In this document: one piece after another, positions 44,516 to 58,671 of the stretch
How positions within the stretch are numbered: the stretch's first letter is position 1
Layout of the letters: every line of letters starts with the position of its first letter
NCBI RefSeq assembly: GCF_009914755.1
Contig: NC_060933.1
Strand: one strand, 5' to 3'
Origin: the human T2T-CHM13v2.0 reference genome, Homo sapiens
Length of the DNA: 64,000 nt
Translations under genes and position numbers: made by a program
Notes under the pieces: model-generated
What the model saw: only the letters and a program-made list of their open reading frames with translations
What the model was told of the DNA's origin: nothing
The model's database searches: none

Positions 44516-45299
44516 TCTTTATAGGTAGAAAAGGTCAGAGAAGGGTCTTAAATTCATTTGGTTCTTTTTTTTTCTACCCTCTTAATAACTTGTACTATAC
44601 TGTGTATTCTCTGTTGGGGAAATATATTTTAGTACTGTACATGAAGTATTATAGACCTATAGGGTTTTAAAAATATATTTGGTGTTTTTGAAAGAGAGAG
44701 CATATTGAATTCATGAATTTATTTGTACTTCCAGTTTAATTGCAATGCAGTTTGAGTATTTTTTTAAAATCCCAAGCCAAGGCAAACTGGCCATAATTTA
44801 CAAAATGTATAACAACCATTTTCATTTTTCACTTCTAAAGTCAATACTTGTATAAAAAGAAGCCTGGGAAACATCACACAGGCAGAAGGAATCATCAAAA
44901 CACGGCAAAGTGTGTTGTATTATCCTGGGGTGACCATTAGTTTCTATCTGCTGTGAAGAAGGCATCTTTGCCAAAAGCAATTTCACTGACCAAGATATCA
45001 GCACAGGGCATTGCTTTTCCAGAGAGTCTTATTTAGCCAGTGCAATTCAAGACCCTCTTTTCCCTTTTCTGCCAACTCCCACTTCCTGAAACCAATCCTC
45101 AGTTTCACTTTGGAGATGAGATTCCCATTCTCTCTGCTAAGAAACTCATGAGAGCAAGGCTTTTATCTTTGAAGGAACGTGCCTGTGCGGGAAGCCAACA
45201 CCCATCAGACTAACAGTGACTCAGGTCTATTAAATATGGTAACACTCAGAGAAGGCGTGGCATAGGGGGAGAACTTTCTGGGTTACATAGTCAGGGTTG

Positions 45300-45515
45300 T
45301 GAAGGAAAGGGGGTTAAGATTGCGGTTTATCTCATTGCTTGGTTTCACAACCTTGACCAATGTCACTTATGTTCTCTGACCCTTGGTTTCCTCTTTCATC
45401 AAAGAGTGATAATAAACCCCATTTCAACCAAGTTACCATGATGATTGACCAAGATAACACATGCAAAGCATCTGACAGATAGTAGACACTCAGTAAACAG
45501 TATCAATTGTTATTA
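45300..45515 (+). mobile_element. MIR remnant
   Basis: accttgaccaatgtcactt..ctctgacccttggtttcctc...catgcaaagcatctgacagatagtagacactcagtaaa. Confidence 0.75.
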
Positions 45516-46009
45516 TCTCAAGTATTTCATTTAGCAAACATAACTAGGGCAATCTACCTCTTAATATGTAAACCAACTCTAATGATCAATAAAAGGTCAA
45601 CTGTATCATTGCTCCATTGCTCCATTCTGATTTTTTCCAAGTAATTTTCACTGAACAGCACCTATTTATATAATGTACATATGTTTGAAATTGCAAGGGT
45701 GAATAGATAGAGAAGGGGGAGAAGAAATACTAAGAGAGGAAGCATGGGCTAGGTAGTTTATAATTTATCAATATAAGAAGACACATAACAATTTCTATTT
45801 TCAAAAATATCATCATAAAACTAAATAAATACCAGTTTATTTGAGACTTGAAGAAATATTTTTGTTGGTTTTGTGGCACTTAATACTTTCAGGTGTTATT
45901 TAATTTTGGCATTTGAATGCTAAATCTTTTCAAGACAAATGATTGATGTATCTACTAGTTTTACAGTGAATATATTTCAGCTGTCCATCATTCAGCTCTT
46001 CTGACAACT

Positions 46010-46535
46010 GGGGTCTGTGGGCAGGGGCCAAGGGAAGAATTTCCCATCGTGCATTTTCTTGGTAGTAAATGAAAGGTACTCTCCTCTCCCTTCCTTGGTA
46101 GCAAGGGTGCATGCAGATAATCTAGATTGAGCCAAGGACACATTCCACCTAGGAGATTAGAATCAGAAGCAAGAGGTGCCAAAAAAGAAGCAAAGTTGGA
46201 ACTGACTGTGGTAGCATGCAGCAGCCATGGTGTCCAATGTCAGTGCCCCGTAGTGGCTGCAATGATGGACAGTCCAAAGCAATGTCTAACAGCAGTGGAA
46301 ACCAAGTGTCACCAGCTGCAGTGGTGTCCAGCAGCAGTGCTTACTTACTCTTGATAAGTAAGATGTGTGGTACTGGTCTAAGGACCTATTGCTGCCTGGC
46401 TTCCAGATGTTCTTTGAATCTTGCCTATGCTCCAAAACTACCTCTGCAAGTTTCTACCAATTATAAAAATTATCTTTTTTCCTCCCCAAGTGAGTTAGAT
46501 ACTCTTGCTTGCAACCAAAAGGTCTGGCCAGCACA
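46010..46535 (+). mobile_element. LTR33-like ERVL LTR remnant
   Basis: ttccttggtagcaagggtgcatgca...gcagcagc-rich middle...cttgcttgcaaccaaaag end. Family name from memory. Confidence 0.45.
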
Positions 46536-46610
46536 CGATTTTTCTCCCTGTGAACTGTCTCTAACACCCCGTGTCTTATTCCCTATGGGATCCTGCCTAA
46601 TCCAGATTCC

Positions 46611-46643
46611 ATATATATATATATATATATAAAATTATATATA

Positions 46644-46674
<31 letters not shown>

Positions 46675-46696
46675 ATATATATACGTGTGTGTGTGT

Positions 46697-46749
<53 letters not shown>

Positions 46750-46750
46750 C
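46611..46750. repeat. Compound (TA)n/(TG)n microsatellite
   Basis: (TA)n blocks flanking about 27 TG units with one interruption. Confidence 0.97.
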
Positions 46751-49700
46751 ACTCTCCATCCAGGTCTCAGACTTCAGTCTTTATTGGTCTCTCCTCTTGA
46801 AAACTGCCAGAATTAAGGACCTCACTTAAAGAGGAGTTGAAATGGATGATTAATTTTATATGTTGATGTTTAACTGTGTTCATGCTTCTCGTAGACCTAA
46901 CAGCCTGTTTGGCCCTGTATCTCTTCACTTATATTGCTGTGTTTTGTCTCTGCCCATCTGTTCACAGTTCTTAATTTATACTTATACATAACATGTTTGG
47001 TGTATGCTAGGGCTAAATTGTGTACACTAGGGCTAATGCCAAATTCTTTTAGGGCATTGAATGCACACATTTATCATACATTTGTAAACACAGTCCTCAT
47101 AACTTTTGGGTTGGTTTCCTTTCATTTTTTCAGAATTCAGCCATTGTGCAGTACCCACCCAGTGTAGTCACTCTGCCAGAAATGAGCTGAGGGTCTGTCC
47201 CAGTCAACAAACACAAAAACCACAATTCAAAATGATTGACATGAAGATCCATGTAACGGCCTTTTAGGAATGCAACTGGGTTTAATGTAGTGAAAATGAC
47301 TCTTAGAGACTTCCTCTTCCTTAATTTTCTACCCTATTTTATAAACTGGGAACTACCATCCATTCACAAACATTAGGAAGTAGTCCCTCTACCCTTGATT
47401 CTGTATCTCCAACACCCAACCCATCCTCAGAAAGTAGAAAAGATTTCTCTGAGCAGTTTCGGCTTTTCTGTCTCTTTTCGGGGGGTGGGGGGGGGGTGTA
47501 TGTGTGTGTTTATTGCTTTGCATCTGCCTCCCAGTGGAAGCACACCTGGATCAGAGCCCTGAGTCAGTTCTGGAGACCAACATCTCTCTGTTCTTATTCA
47601 GAGGCCTTTCAGGTGTGAGGGGCCATGCTTCCTTGAGGCTAAGCTGTCTTGTTAACTAACCCTGTTTACTGTACTAGGGCAGCTCATTCCAAAGTCTAGA
47701 TGTAGGGAAAAGTAGAAGAAAGCCTGTTCAAGCTACATTCTCTCACCCAACATTACTAGTAAGAGAAAATGATTTTGATCTCCATCTCTCTGACTTCTCT
47801 ATTTCCCAACTGGTTTCAAACACAATGTGTGTATACGCATCCCCAGTGAGGTTACAAGAGGTGTAGTGAAAGATGCAAGTAGCTTCCATGCATTAACCCT
47901 ACTGTAGGTAGAACTGTATAGAAGTCGCTTCAAACTAAAAGAGAAAAAAATAAAAGTAAAGGTTAATGTATTCTATTTTCTCTGTAATGCCACAAATTTT
48001 ATTCTATTTCCCTGCATCATTTGGGCTGCAAGATGGCTTTCCTCATACAGTATGCATTACATTGCTTATTTGACATTTACTTAGAACCTACTCTGCACCA
48101 GGCTGAGAGGTGGACACCGGAGTAATCCCTCAGAATGCAAGAATGAATGCAAGTGGCAAGGGATGGGGCTGGGAGGGAAGGGGTCACATTAAGAAGGACC
48201 TTAAGTAAAGTGCTAAGGAATTTTGGCATGACCCGAAAGCTAATAGTTACTTGATATCTCAGCCACCCACTTATCAAAGAAAGTCTGTGACCTGGGGTGG
48301 TGGCGGGGTCGGGGGGGTGGTGGCTCCAAACTGATTCTTAGAGCCCTAGGACTTCATAGATGGCACTTAGGGGTCAGTCACTATGAGGGAAACGCCAAAT
48401 AGAAGGATCCTGGGTTCCAGCAAATCCATTCAAGACACCCCCATTTTCATCTGTATTGTATACTGATGTGTTATGTAAGAATTGTTCTGAAGAAAGAGCT
48501 AAATATCAAACTTACTTTTTAAGGTTAAAACTGTATTTAATAGTCCCATTGAAGATTCATCTACAAGCAGCCATCTTTAAAGACTCAACTTATTTTATAT
48601 GTCAAAGTGTGAATCTCAATTTGCATCTCCAGGTATCCCAGAAATATCATATTTTTTGCCTTCTCTTGAAATAAAATTAAATGTGACCCCAAGCTATCAT
48701 TCTACCAGGATGGCAAAATGCCCAATCTCAGTCACAAGGGGTTGTCCCCTTTCCCCACAAAGCCACATCAAAATCCCCCAAAGAGGAGGGCTCTTTAATT
48801 TTTAGTCCACCAGGGTCATCATGAACATCTTCACTGTCTAAGCCTAAAGCATGTCCCTAAAGCTCAGCTGCTTCCCTGCCATCCATGCCCGGAATCCTAC
48901 CTTCTATACACACAAAGCAGCCAATCCCTCCCAGGTTTGGTCATTTTCCTAGAAAGCAAAACAGAGCAGGGCATAAGCCTGGGCTAATCATTGGACTTAT
49001 AGCCCTTCTCCATCTCTGAGATACCCTCTCCACTCCCTGCTCACATTTTCCAACTCTTCCTTCCATTGAGGACATTTAGTATAATGCTTTCAGTTAAGGA
49101 TTTAGCAAAACACAAAACAAAAAAAGAAAAATATATATATACAAAAAACAAACAAAAAAACCCTTGTGGTCTTCTAGAGGCTTCTATTTGCCATATTGAA
49201 AAACTTCAAGAAAAGTGAAATTAATTACAACCTGCTACCTGCCTGAATTGGAGTTCAGGGAAAATAACATAAAGAGCAAAATCGCATGCTGACACTTCAA
49301 TAATGTAAAATGCATGGTTTTGTTTTGACATCATTATATAAAGTGTCAGTTTTGTCTTCCTAATCGCTGACTCCCCTTCCTGGAAAATAACAATTTTGAA
49401 TAACTGAAGAAATTAGTTGGCTCAGCATTTAGTCACCCCGGGGACTTGTGACCTTTTTTATTTTCTGTTTCAAACAGGGACAAAATCATCTGCCCAAGGG
49501 CAGCCTTCACAGAAGCTCCCCAGGAGGAAGCACAGCATAGCATTACAGGCTGGACTGTGCAGTCTGGGAAAGGTTTCCCTCTCTTTCTGACCCAGGGCTC
49601 TCAGCAGGCACTGTGTGGGACCAGGTGACTCTCAAAGTCTCTATTGTTGTCTCAGCTCCTCAGTCTTGGTGGGAAATCAGCCAGCTGAGACACTGAACTC

Positions 49701-50779
49701 TTCTGGACCAGAAACGGCACTGGAGTCCTTGGCTGTAAGAAGGGATGGACTGGGAACAGTACATCTGCAAAAGTGTAAAGCCAAGAAATGTTTGAAAGCC
49801 CCACTAAGAACCAGACTGAACCACCAATATGATCTGGACGAGGAAGAGGAAACCAGGTATAAGAAAGTGCTAAGCTGGCAATACCAAGACAGAAAGAGCT
49901 TCAGAATGTGCATTGCCTGTCTGTAAAGGGTGCAGGTTGGGAGTGAAAGCTGCTACATCAGGATTCTGACAGTCATAGGGGACAAGGACAAGGCTGACAC
50001 ATCCAGCTCCTCTTGGGTGAGGTCCCCAAGAGCATTCTTGGTCCTTGCCCCACCCCTCACTCCACCTAATGGTGCTGGGGCATGTTACCTTTTTGGTGGA
50101 CTACAGCCATTGATCTCAGTTAAATGGAGCTAATTTTCTCAAATATCTTTAGTGTCAGAATAGATCTCTTTCTCTCTTCATGGCCACCAGGACTCGTGGG
50201 AAGGAGACAATAACTTGGGCAAGCATATCTGCTGTGCAAACACAAAGTTGCCCTCAGGTGGGCAAAGTTCAGACTCAGAGCTAGGGAGTTACATTCCATT
50301 TTGGCACTTACATGAAACTACCACCTCAAAATAGCTTTATCTGTACCAAAAGTGGTATTTTGGTTCTCCAGCCACTGACACATTTGTCTGTTTTTTTGAA
50401 TTCTTCAAAATGGAGACAGGGGAGGGCATACCATTCATTAGGCACCTTGAAAACCTTGACAATGGTGTCAGACTTGGCTGAATTGGATTGAATCGGTATT
50501 TAGTCAGAGGCAGGCAAGGGCTTCAACAGTTGGAACGCAGCCCCTGGCCAGACAAATGCCTTCCTGTCCTTGAAGATGTAAGCCCCAAGACCGACCATGA
50601 CAGCAAAGTACAGAATAAATCACTAGCAGTTCCCAGCAAAGCCCAGGGATAGATAGAAGTGCCCCAGATCATCAATAAGTGAGAGCTATGATATCCTCAC
50701 TTCACGGGTAGTCAATTTCAAGGAGGAACTCCAAAGACGGCATTACTAGAAGGAACACAAGTTTTCCTAAGAAACAGAA

Positions 50780-50985
50780 GAAATTAACATTTATTAACTT
50801 TCTCCTGTGTGTCAAAAACTTTCTACCTATTGCCTTATTTGAGCCTTAAAACATTCCTACAAAGTAAACATTATCTCATTTTTCACAAATGAGATGGGTG
50901 ATTTGCCCAACGTCATCATGTAGTAAATGGTGGAAGTGAAAACTGATGCCCAGTATCCTGACTCCCAGTGAAGTGCTCTTCTTAT
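50780..50985 (-). mobile_element. MIR remnant
   Basis: aacatttattaac...ttatctcatttttcacaaatgag...gatttgcccaacgtca..tagtaaatggtggaag. Confidence 0.75.
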
Positions 50986-51681
50986 TACACGCTGTCCAGA
51001 AAAAGACCATCTCCAGGGAGCCGCCCATCATTTTGATACCTACATTCAGGTGTGCTGGTTAGAAGAAATCAGTGATATTGACTCACAGTCACCCCTTAAA
51101 GAAACATCCTAATTATAGCCAAGGGCCTGGGAAACACATGGACCAAGCTACCCATCGTTAAATCAAAATAAGAGCTTATTACGTCTCTCCCAAAGAAGAA
51201 GAGAGTGTGATTATATGGCTGCCTATTTATTCCTCAAACCCCATTTTGAAAGTTGTCTTTGAAATCGGTGGAGAGTACTTTTTAAAAATTCCCAAATTGC
51301 TGCAGCCTTGGTCCAAGGTTTCCAACAGGACACAGATGGGCAGCAAGGCCAGTCTCAGTGGTCAGGCTTCCCACTGGTGGAGCTTGTGCCAAGCAGCTCA
51401 TTCATGGTCTGCTGAGGGAGTGGTGACTCATGATACAACTGCTTTATTTCAGCTTCTGGAACCACAGGAATACATGGTTTCAGAATAGAAAAGACCCACT
51501 GACCATCAGAGAGAGTTCTTCTCTGGACAACTGTATAGACTCTCTGACTTACACCAAATTATAGGCAGCCAGAGCATCCCAGAAAACACTGTCAGCATCT
51601 TCCCCGGGGGCTCATCCAAGTTTTTATGTTATATCAAACCAGGTTTGGTGTAGCAGTTTTAAGGGCCTAGGGGAAATGATT

Positions 51682-52275
51682 TAATTCATTCATTCATTCA
51701 TCCTATACTCCCAGAGAACTGATTTGTTCTAGCTTCTGGAAATATTGAGTTTGGAATGAGCAATATTGGTGATAAATATATATATATAGTCCTTGTCCCG
51801 AGTAATGCCAGATGTATAGTAGATAATAAATATTTATTGAATAAGAAAATGCTCTTGAAAGCCACATTTGAAAGAGAACATAAATAAGTACATGTTATTT
51901 TACTGCTATCGTAGGATTATTCTCAAAGTAACAAAGCAAACAGAGGATAAAATACTTAATTCTGCTTTTGGTTGGTGGAAAGGGACTGATCTTTCAGAGA
52001 AAGCTACTGAAAGAAAAAACCCATTTGAGCTGAGTTTTGAAGCATGAATAGGAGTTTGGCAAGCTTATAAAAGGGGAAAAGAAACCTGGGTAAAGGAAAT
52101 GCTATGTACACAGTAATGAAGGTGGACAAGAGGATAGTGTGTTTGGGTGCCCACCAACATTCCTATGGTAAAAGATTGCAGCATGCATGGGGGCGGGTGA
52201 GGTTTTCAGGAACGCAAGCGGTGAAATCAGCAGGACACCCGGCTAAGCTAAACAGCCTGGGCTTATCCTGTAGGC
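51682..52275 (-). mobile_element. L2 remnants
   Basis: ttcattcattcattca start; catttgagctgagttttgaagcatgaataggagtttggc. Confidence 0.65.
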
Positions 52276-52988
52276 AGTGGCACAGGGAGCCATCCTGCCC
52301 AACATTACTTTTAGGAAAGCAGTTTCAGAGCAAATATGGGTGACTCAGCACAATCTACTGGCATCTCTGGGAGCCATGCTCAGCCCTTCCCTTGTGCTGG
52401 TGTGTGGGCGTGATGTCTCTGTGCAAGGAGACCACCCACCTGGTGTCATGGCACACATCTGACTTTGATGGGGATTTCTCTAAGCCCCATGGCATGAGTA
52501 AAGCTTATTTGGAAATATGAAGGCAAAGTTCTCTCATGCTTTTACTCACACTTTTGTTCTTTTTTTCCCCCATTTGGTTCACATTTTTATATTACCATCA
52601 CAGAATTGTTTCTCTCTGCTGCCTCTAGTTCTCCATCTGAAAAACCATCATCTTTGACATCTCTTTCTCTGATTGGCAGATAACTCTACCCCCACTTCAA
52701 AGCCTAGTCCAAATGCTGCCAGGCATTTTGGTCAGCAACTGCTTAATAGACACCACTGACACCTCTCTCACCCAAGCCCTGCAGCAGAAGGGAGCCGTTT
52801 TAACGTGATTCTCCCACCAGGCACTCTACAGCCACTCCCCTCCAGACTCTCACATGAATGAATCTCCTCACCAAACCTTCTGGATATCACCTCTCACACA
52901 CACACCTTGAACATGATGCACATTGACCGAAACCTTGAATACAGGTAGAAGGACATAAGTATTAAGAAACTGAAAGAATGTAATAGAG

Positions 52989-53300
<312 letters not shown>

Positions 53301-56300
53301 TTATTCAGTATTACTGAGGATTATTTCCATATTTATTAACCAATAATAAGATAGACAGCAATGTGAAGGCTCCAGACATGGAGAGATTCATGAGGGAGAA
53401 CACAGAGAAGAGGAAAGCCTGCTGCCAAGAGAAAGGCCAATTCTCTTTCTTCCTTTTGTAATCACACAGTCTATTGACGTCTCTGCCCAGCAATAGTATC
53501 CCATAGTCTTCCATCCACTGGGATTTCATTCCTAGTGCTTCTATTCTCATTCCTCTTTCCTAACAGAATCTCCAAGGAAGGGAGAAGCTGATCCATCCAA
53601 GAAGATTTATTCTATGGGAAAGGCATCAAACACTCCTCATAGCTACTGTGTGGTAAGCCTTAAACAAGTCCTATTTCCTTAACATAAATCTGGAAGGCAA
53701 GAGGAAGCCATGGAAGGTGTGAAAGAGGGAATAATATCATCCAGGTGGTGTTTTAGAATTTGTGGCAGAGGCTTTTGGTCTTCCCTGAGCTCTGGCTTCT
53801 CATGCTGGCAGAGCATTCTAAAGGAGAGCTTGAAATGATAAGAAAATGATCACAGATGCTCAGGTGAATAGCACTGATCCTAAAATTGGGATCACATCTG
53901 TTCTCCAGTGAGAGTTTGCAAAACTCTGAACACCTTGTCCCGACACCATCTGCTCCATCCCCCTTCCCCACCTGATAACCTTTTACCAGGCTGGTAGTCG
54001 ATCCCAGGGAATCAACCATTCCTCAACTCACTGGGGGCTTGATGTGGAATTGGAGCAACTCCTTTTTGCCCTCTCTGGCCCACCTTGAACTTTCTTGTCC
54101 TCACACCCTGCAGCCCTGCTACCAGCTCCTCTGCCCTCAGTTGTGTGTTGACCCAACCAGTAGCCTCTTTCATCCCAAGGACCTGTTGACCATCCCTTTC
54201 TTTGCTCTCATTCTGACTTCTCCTCCTCTCCTGGTCACTTTCTTCTTTTTCTATCAGGCATTCATTCAACAAGAGTTATTTCGCACCTACTCTATAGTGA
54301 GTACTCTGCTAAGGGCTAGGGATACAACTGTGGAAGCGCTCTCCAGAGTTTCTGCCCTCATGGAGCACAAGAAGAGAAAAGTAAACCGATGTGGAAGCGG
54401 CTAAGTTTGCATTGGAACAGGGGGAACACAAGGAGCCATGCATGCAGATAGCCATCCTAGTGTGGAAACTCGGGAAACAAAAGGACCAGAGAAATAACAA
54501 AAGTTAGATGAAAACTCAGCAGATGCCATGAGTATAGGTATGAATGTTAAAGTCACTTGAGTCAACCAGGAGTGAAGCTGCAACTTTAATTTCATAAAAT
54601 TTAATCAAATTCATAGCAAATTTAGTTGCTTCTTTATGTAAACTTGACCAATTCAAGATAGAAGCTCAGCTAGCTCAAGATGTTTTCCTCCTTTTTTTTC
54701 CTTCCTCTCCCAGCATTATGTAAGCTGGGGTGATGATGGAGAAGTGTAGCGGGGATTGCAGCAGTGGTGTGGGGCCGTATCTGAGCCACAGCCCTGCCTC
54801 TGCGCCTTCCCTGCCTCCCCTGCCACTCCGCTGCCGCCATGATGCCAGGGCCACTCCTGTCGCATCTGAGTTCCTCCTCCTCACTCTTCTCCTCACTCTA
54901 TCTCTTAAAGCCCCAAACTCCAAGTTTCTGGATTCTCTACTTCCAGAGGATGTAAAACACAGTTAACAACCAAACAATCTCTCTTTTTGAAAAGGATCCT
55001 TTTAACTTTTTATGCAGAGCAACCTATCTTCCCTTTGTCTTAACACCTCCTCTTCATTCTAGGTCCAAGGTCTTATTTGAATAACCAATAGCCTAATCAA
55101 AATGTTTTCACAACAAAACAGCAATATTTTTTCCAAGGCAAACTCAGCTTAAGTATATAAATAGCTACAGTTCCTTAAAAATGGACTTTGCTTTTCTTTT
55201 GTTCTACTACATGGAAAAAGGTTAAAGTCCAAAGTCCATTCTCTTTCCCCTGAACCATGCAGCTCTCCAAGCACAAAGCCGACTTTTCTACAGAAGGATT
55301 TTAGTTTCAGTTGTTTGTTCAGTTGCCCTGGGTTCCTAGGGGATTAAATATTGCATAAATTATTGGGGGAAATTTGCCTACAGATCCTTAACAACGGTTA
55401 AAAAGCCCTGCATCTCACATGATCTACTTTGCATCTTTCCAGTGGCACACATTCTACTGGTTGTACCATTATCATGATAGAGATCAAGATATAAATATCA
55501 AGGATTAAAGGGTTGTATGCTTTTCTAGGTTACCTATGCCTCTGTTCTTCTCTTATCACAGAAAATGAAAAGTTAGCTCTCTCCCATCTATTTAAGACAG
55601 CATGTTTTCAGAGAACTGTCTCCTTAAACAGTTAAAAATCAATCAACAATATAAATAGAGGAGAACTCAAAACATGGTTATGCTTTATCCTATAATTAAT
55701 TTAATTTCAAGAGAGGTGCTGTAGGTTCAATCCCAACAGCTCAATACCTATTCCACCTGAACAAGTGACACCAGGCATGGGTAAATCAAGTTGGAGAGCT
55801 GCTTGTGAGAACAGCTCTGGAGTGGAAAGCTTTCTAAGGCCAAGGTTAAAGTGGAAGGAATGTTGCACAAGGCAACCTAAGGCAGCTTGACCAGATTGTC
55901 AAGGTTTTCACCAAGGAACCAAAAGTATTTGAACATCAATAACAGGACACAATAGCAGAGCAGGTAGTGATATCACTGCCATGTGAAAGGCATGAATTGC
56001 TAGTGAGGGGTGGCACCAGGGTAAAGACACAATACTGAGCTCTAAGGAGCACTGGCCAAAAGCTAGAACTACTGCGTGCACTCTGCTTCAGTGCCCACCC
56101 TCTAGGAGCCTGGCTGACAAATGGCTTCTCCTGAAGACATCCTTAAAGGTCAGTCTGACTCTCTAAGAAGAAACAGGAGCAACACACCCTCCACGTAGTG
56201 TGCATGCAGTCAGCTGCATTCCTAGGGCCATGTGGTCCCCATCACTCACCGTCCAGGCCTGTGCTAAACTATAAATTTTTTAGAGAAAGATTCCAGATAA

Positions 56301-57299
56301 ACACAAGCTCCTTGTTATCGGTGCAAGTTCAGAGCCCCTTAAAGAATGATGAACAAATTATTTCCTTGTTCAGCCGCACAAAACTCATGAGTTGTGCTCA
56401 CATTTCAGGATTAAAAACTATGAAGTGTGCAAGCAGTCAAACTAGGCTTTGATGTATGCCCTCTAAACAGTAAAAGTTTATAATCCACCTGCCCAGAGGT
56501 AATCCTGGTATTCTGAATGGGAAGCAGAATGGCCCTGACACTCTGTTCATTCAGCCATGGACTCCAAAACATTTGGTTGTGCCTCAAACCCATTTGCTCT
56601 TTAGCACTTGAAAAAATAAAATGGAGAGAGAGGGATGATTGTATAACCGTCTCACATTCATAGTCCTATTTATTTCTTTTAAAAACTGGAATTAGAGCAT
56701 TAACCCATTTTACATGATTCCTTCAAGGTCACACAGCTGGTGTTATGGATTTAGAAGTTAAATCCAGATCCCAAAACCAAACATCTACCATGCACCATGT
56801 CCAAAAATGTCCTGCCAAAAGGAGTGTCTGAAGGATAGGAAATATGGCTTATTTCTCATGGTTTAATATCAGGGATATCAGGATTTCACAGATAGTGCTA
56901 GCCTTGGGTAGAATGTGTGATTCTTTTGAAGTAAAGCCAAGGTAATGGGAAACACTGAATATTTCTTTGTAGGCATCCCTTCTTTGGCTCTCTCAAAGTC
57001 AAGCTTCTTAAGTAAAATGGCACGTTCACAGCATTTTTGCTTTGTTGAGTCCAAATGACCCAATGAAGCAGCAATCCAGAGTGAGGCAGGAAGAGGCAGA
57101 GTTCCAGGCATGTCCAGTGACCCAGCATCACCTCCATCCCAACCAGGACCTGCTGCTGCCAGGGCTACAGATGAGTCAGTCTCGTTCCAAACCAAATGGT
57201 AATTAAGAAGGGATGCATTTTCAGACTGCTGTGGTCTGGTATTCTTCTGGCAACTTTTGAAGGCTGTCAAAGCTCTGCCAAAGATAAAGAGAAGGAACT

Positions 57300-57552
57300 C
57301 CTATTTATTGGTTGAGTGGCTACGATGAACTGGGCACTCTGCTAAGTGATCTACATACATGGTGACATTCAATCTTAACAATATCCCTGCAAAATAGGAC
57401 CTTCTAGCCTCATTTTTTTAGGAAGATGATATTATAATAGAGTTTGGAGACAGGAACTGAATTGCTCAAGGTCATCCACCTAGGACACACAGCTTTTGGA
57501 ATTTAGTTCTAGATCCTGCCTAGCTTCATAACCTATTCTAATTCTACCACCG
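57300..57552 (-). mobile_element. MIR remnant
   Basis: tttattggttgag...tgggcactctgctaagtg...aattgctcaaggtcatccacctag. Confidence 0.75.
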
Positions 57553-57775
57553 CATCAATTATTGTCAGCCACATTTTAATGCCCATGGAATTTCTCATGT
57601 GATCTAGGTTCTGGTTCCTCAAGAAAAGACATGGAAACAACAGAGGCCCAGGCATTCTAAATTAACAATGCTAACTCTTGTTTGTTCTTCAAAATTCAAC
57701 ATGTGCCTGCTCCTTTAGGTTAGTGCCCCTCAATATGTAATTTATGGATGGTGCTGTCTGTAAAATGTTACCGAT

Positions 57776-58142
57776 TGATATGCTTTGGATGTGTCCCCAC
57801 CCAAATCTCATCTTGAATTGTAACTCCCACAATTCCCACCTTTCATGGGAGGAACCCAGTGGGAGGTGATTGAATTATGGGGCGGGTCTTTCCTGCACTG
57901 TTCTTGTGATAGTGAATGGATCTCACGAGATCTGATGGTTTTCAAAAGGGGAGTTCCCCGCACAAGCTCCCACTTTGCCTGCTGCCATCCACATAAGATG
58001 TGACTCGCTCCTCCTTGCCTTATGCCATGACTGTGAGGCCTCTCTAGCCATGTGGAACTGTTAGGCCAATGAATCTCTTTCTTTTGTAAATTGCCCAGTC
58101 TCGGGTATGTCTTTATCAGCAGAGTGAAAATGGACTAATACA
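57776..58142 (+). mobile_element. THE1C MaLR solo LTR
   Basis: tgatatg..tgtgtccccacccaaatctcatcttgaattgtaactcccacaattccc...ggactaataca; perfect 5-bp TSD ccgat (57771-57775 / 58143-58147). Confidence 0.93.
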
Positions 58143-58671
58143 CCGATCCATTATGAGATAGGAACAGATATTGAAAGTACATAAACATTTATAGCTATTG
58201 ACAGAGCAATTATTTTCATAATCATCAAATAACAAAACATTTGGGTTTATATTATGTATGTTTTTTTAAATTTTCCTTTTCTAGTAATTCATTTCTATTG
58301 TGATTTACAAAAACATCAGTATGTAACACACTGGAAATTAAAAAAATAAAAACTGATTCTTCAAGTTTGAGAAGCACTGTACCCAAGTGAGAGACCTTTG
58401 AAAACAGGGGCCATCTTTTAGTGTCTGGATAAGTGAGAAATATTCCACGTAAGGGATGGCTTTTTGCTGAAAACAATTTCTGACCTATACTACTAGCTGC
58501 CTCTAGCATTTCTGATCTGAAGGGACACAAACCAGGGGGGACAATTAAAAATATGGACACTGGAGTCAGCAGGAAGTGGATTTGAATCCTGTGTCTGCAA
58601 CTTAGCAACTACACTATCTTGAGTAAGTTACTTAGTTTTGCTGTGACTTAGTCTCCTCCTCCATGAAAAAA

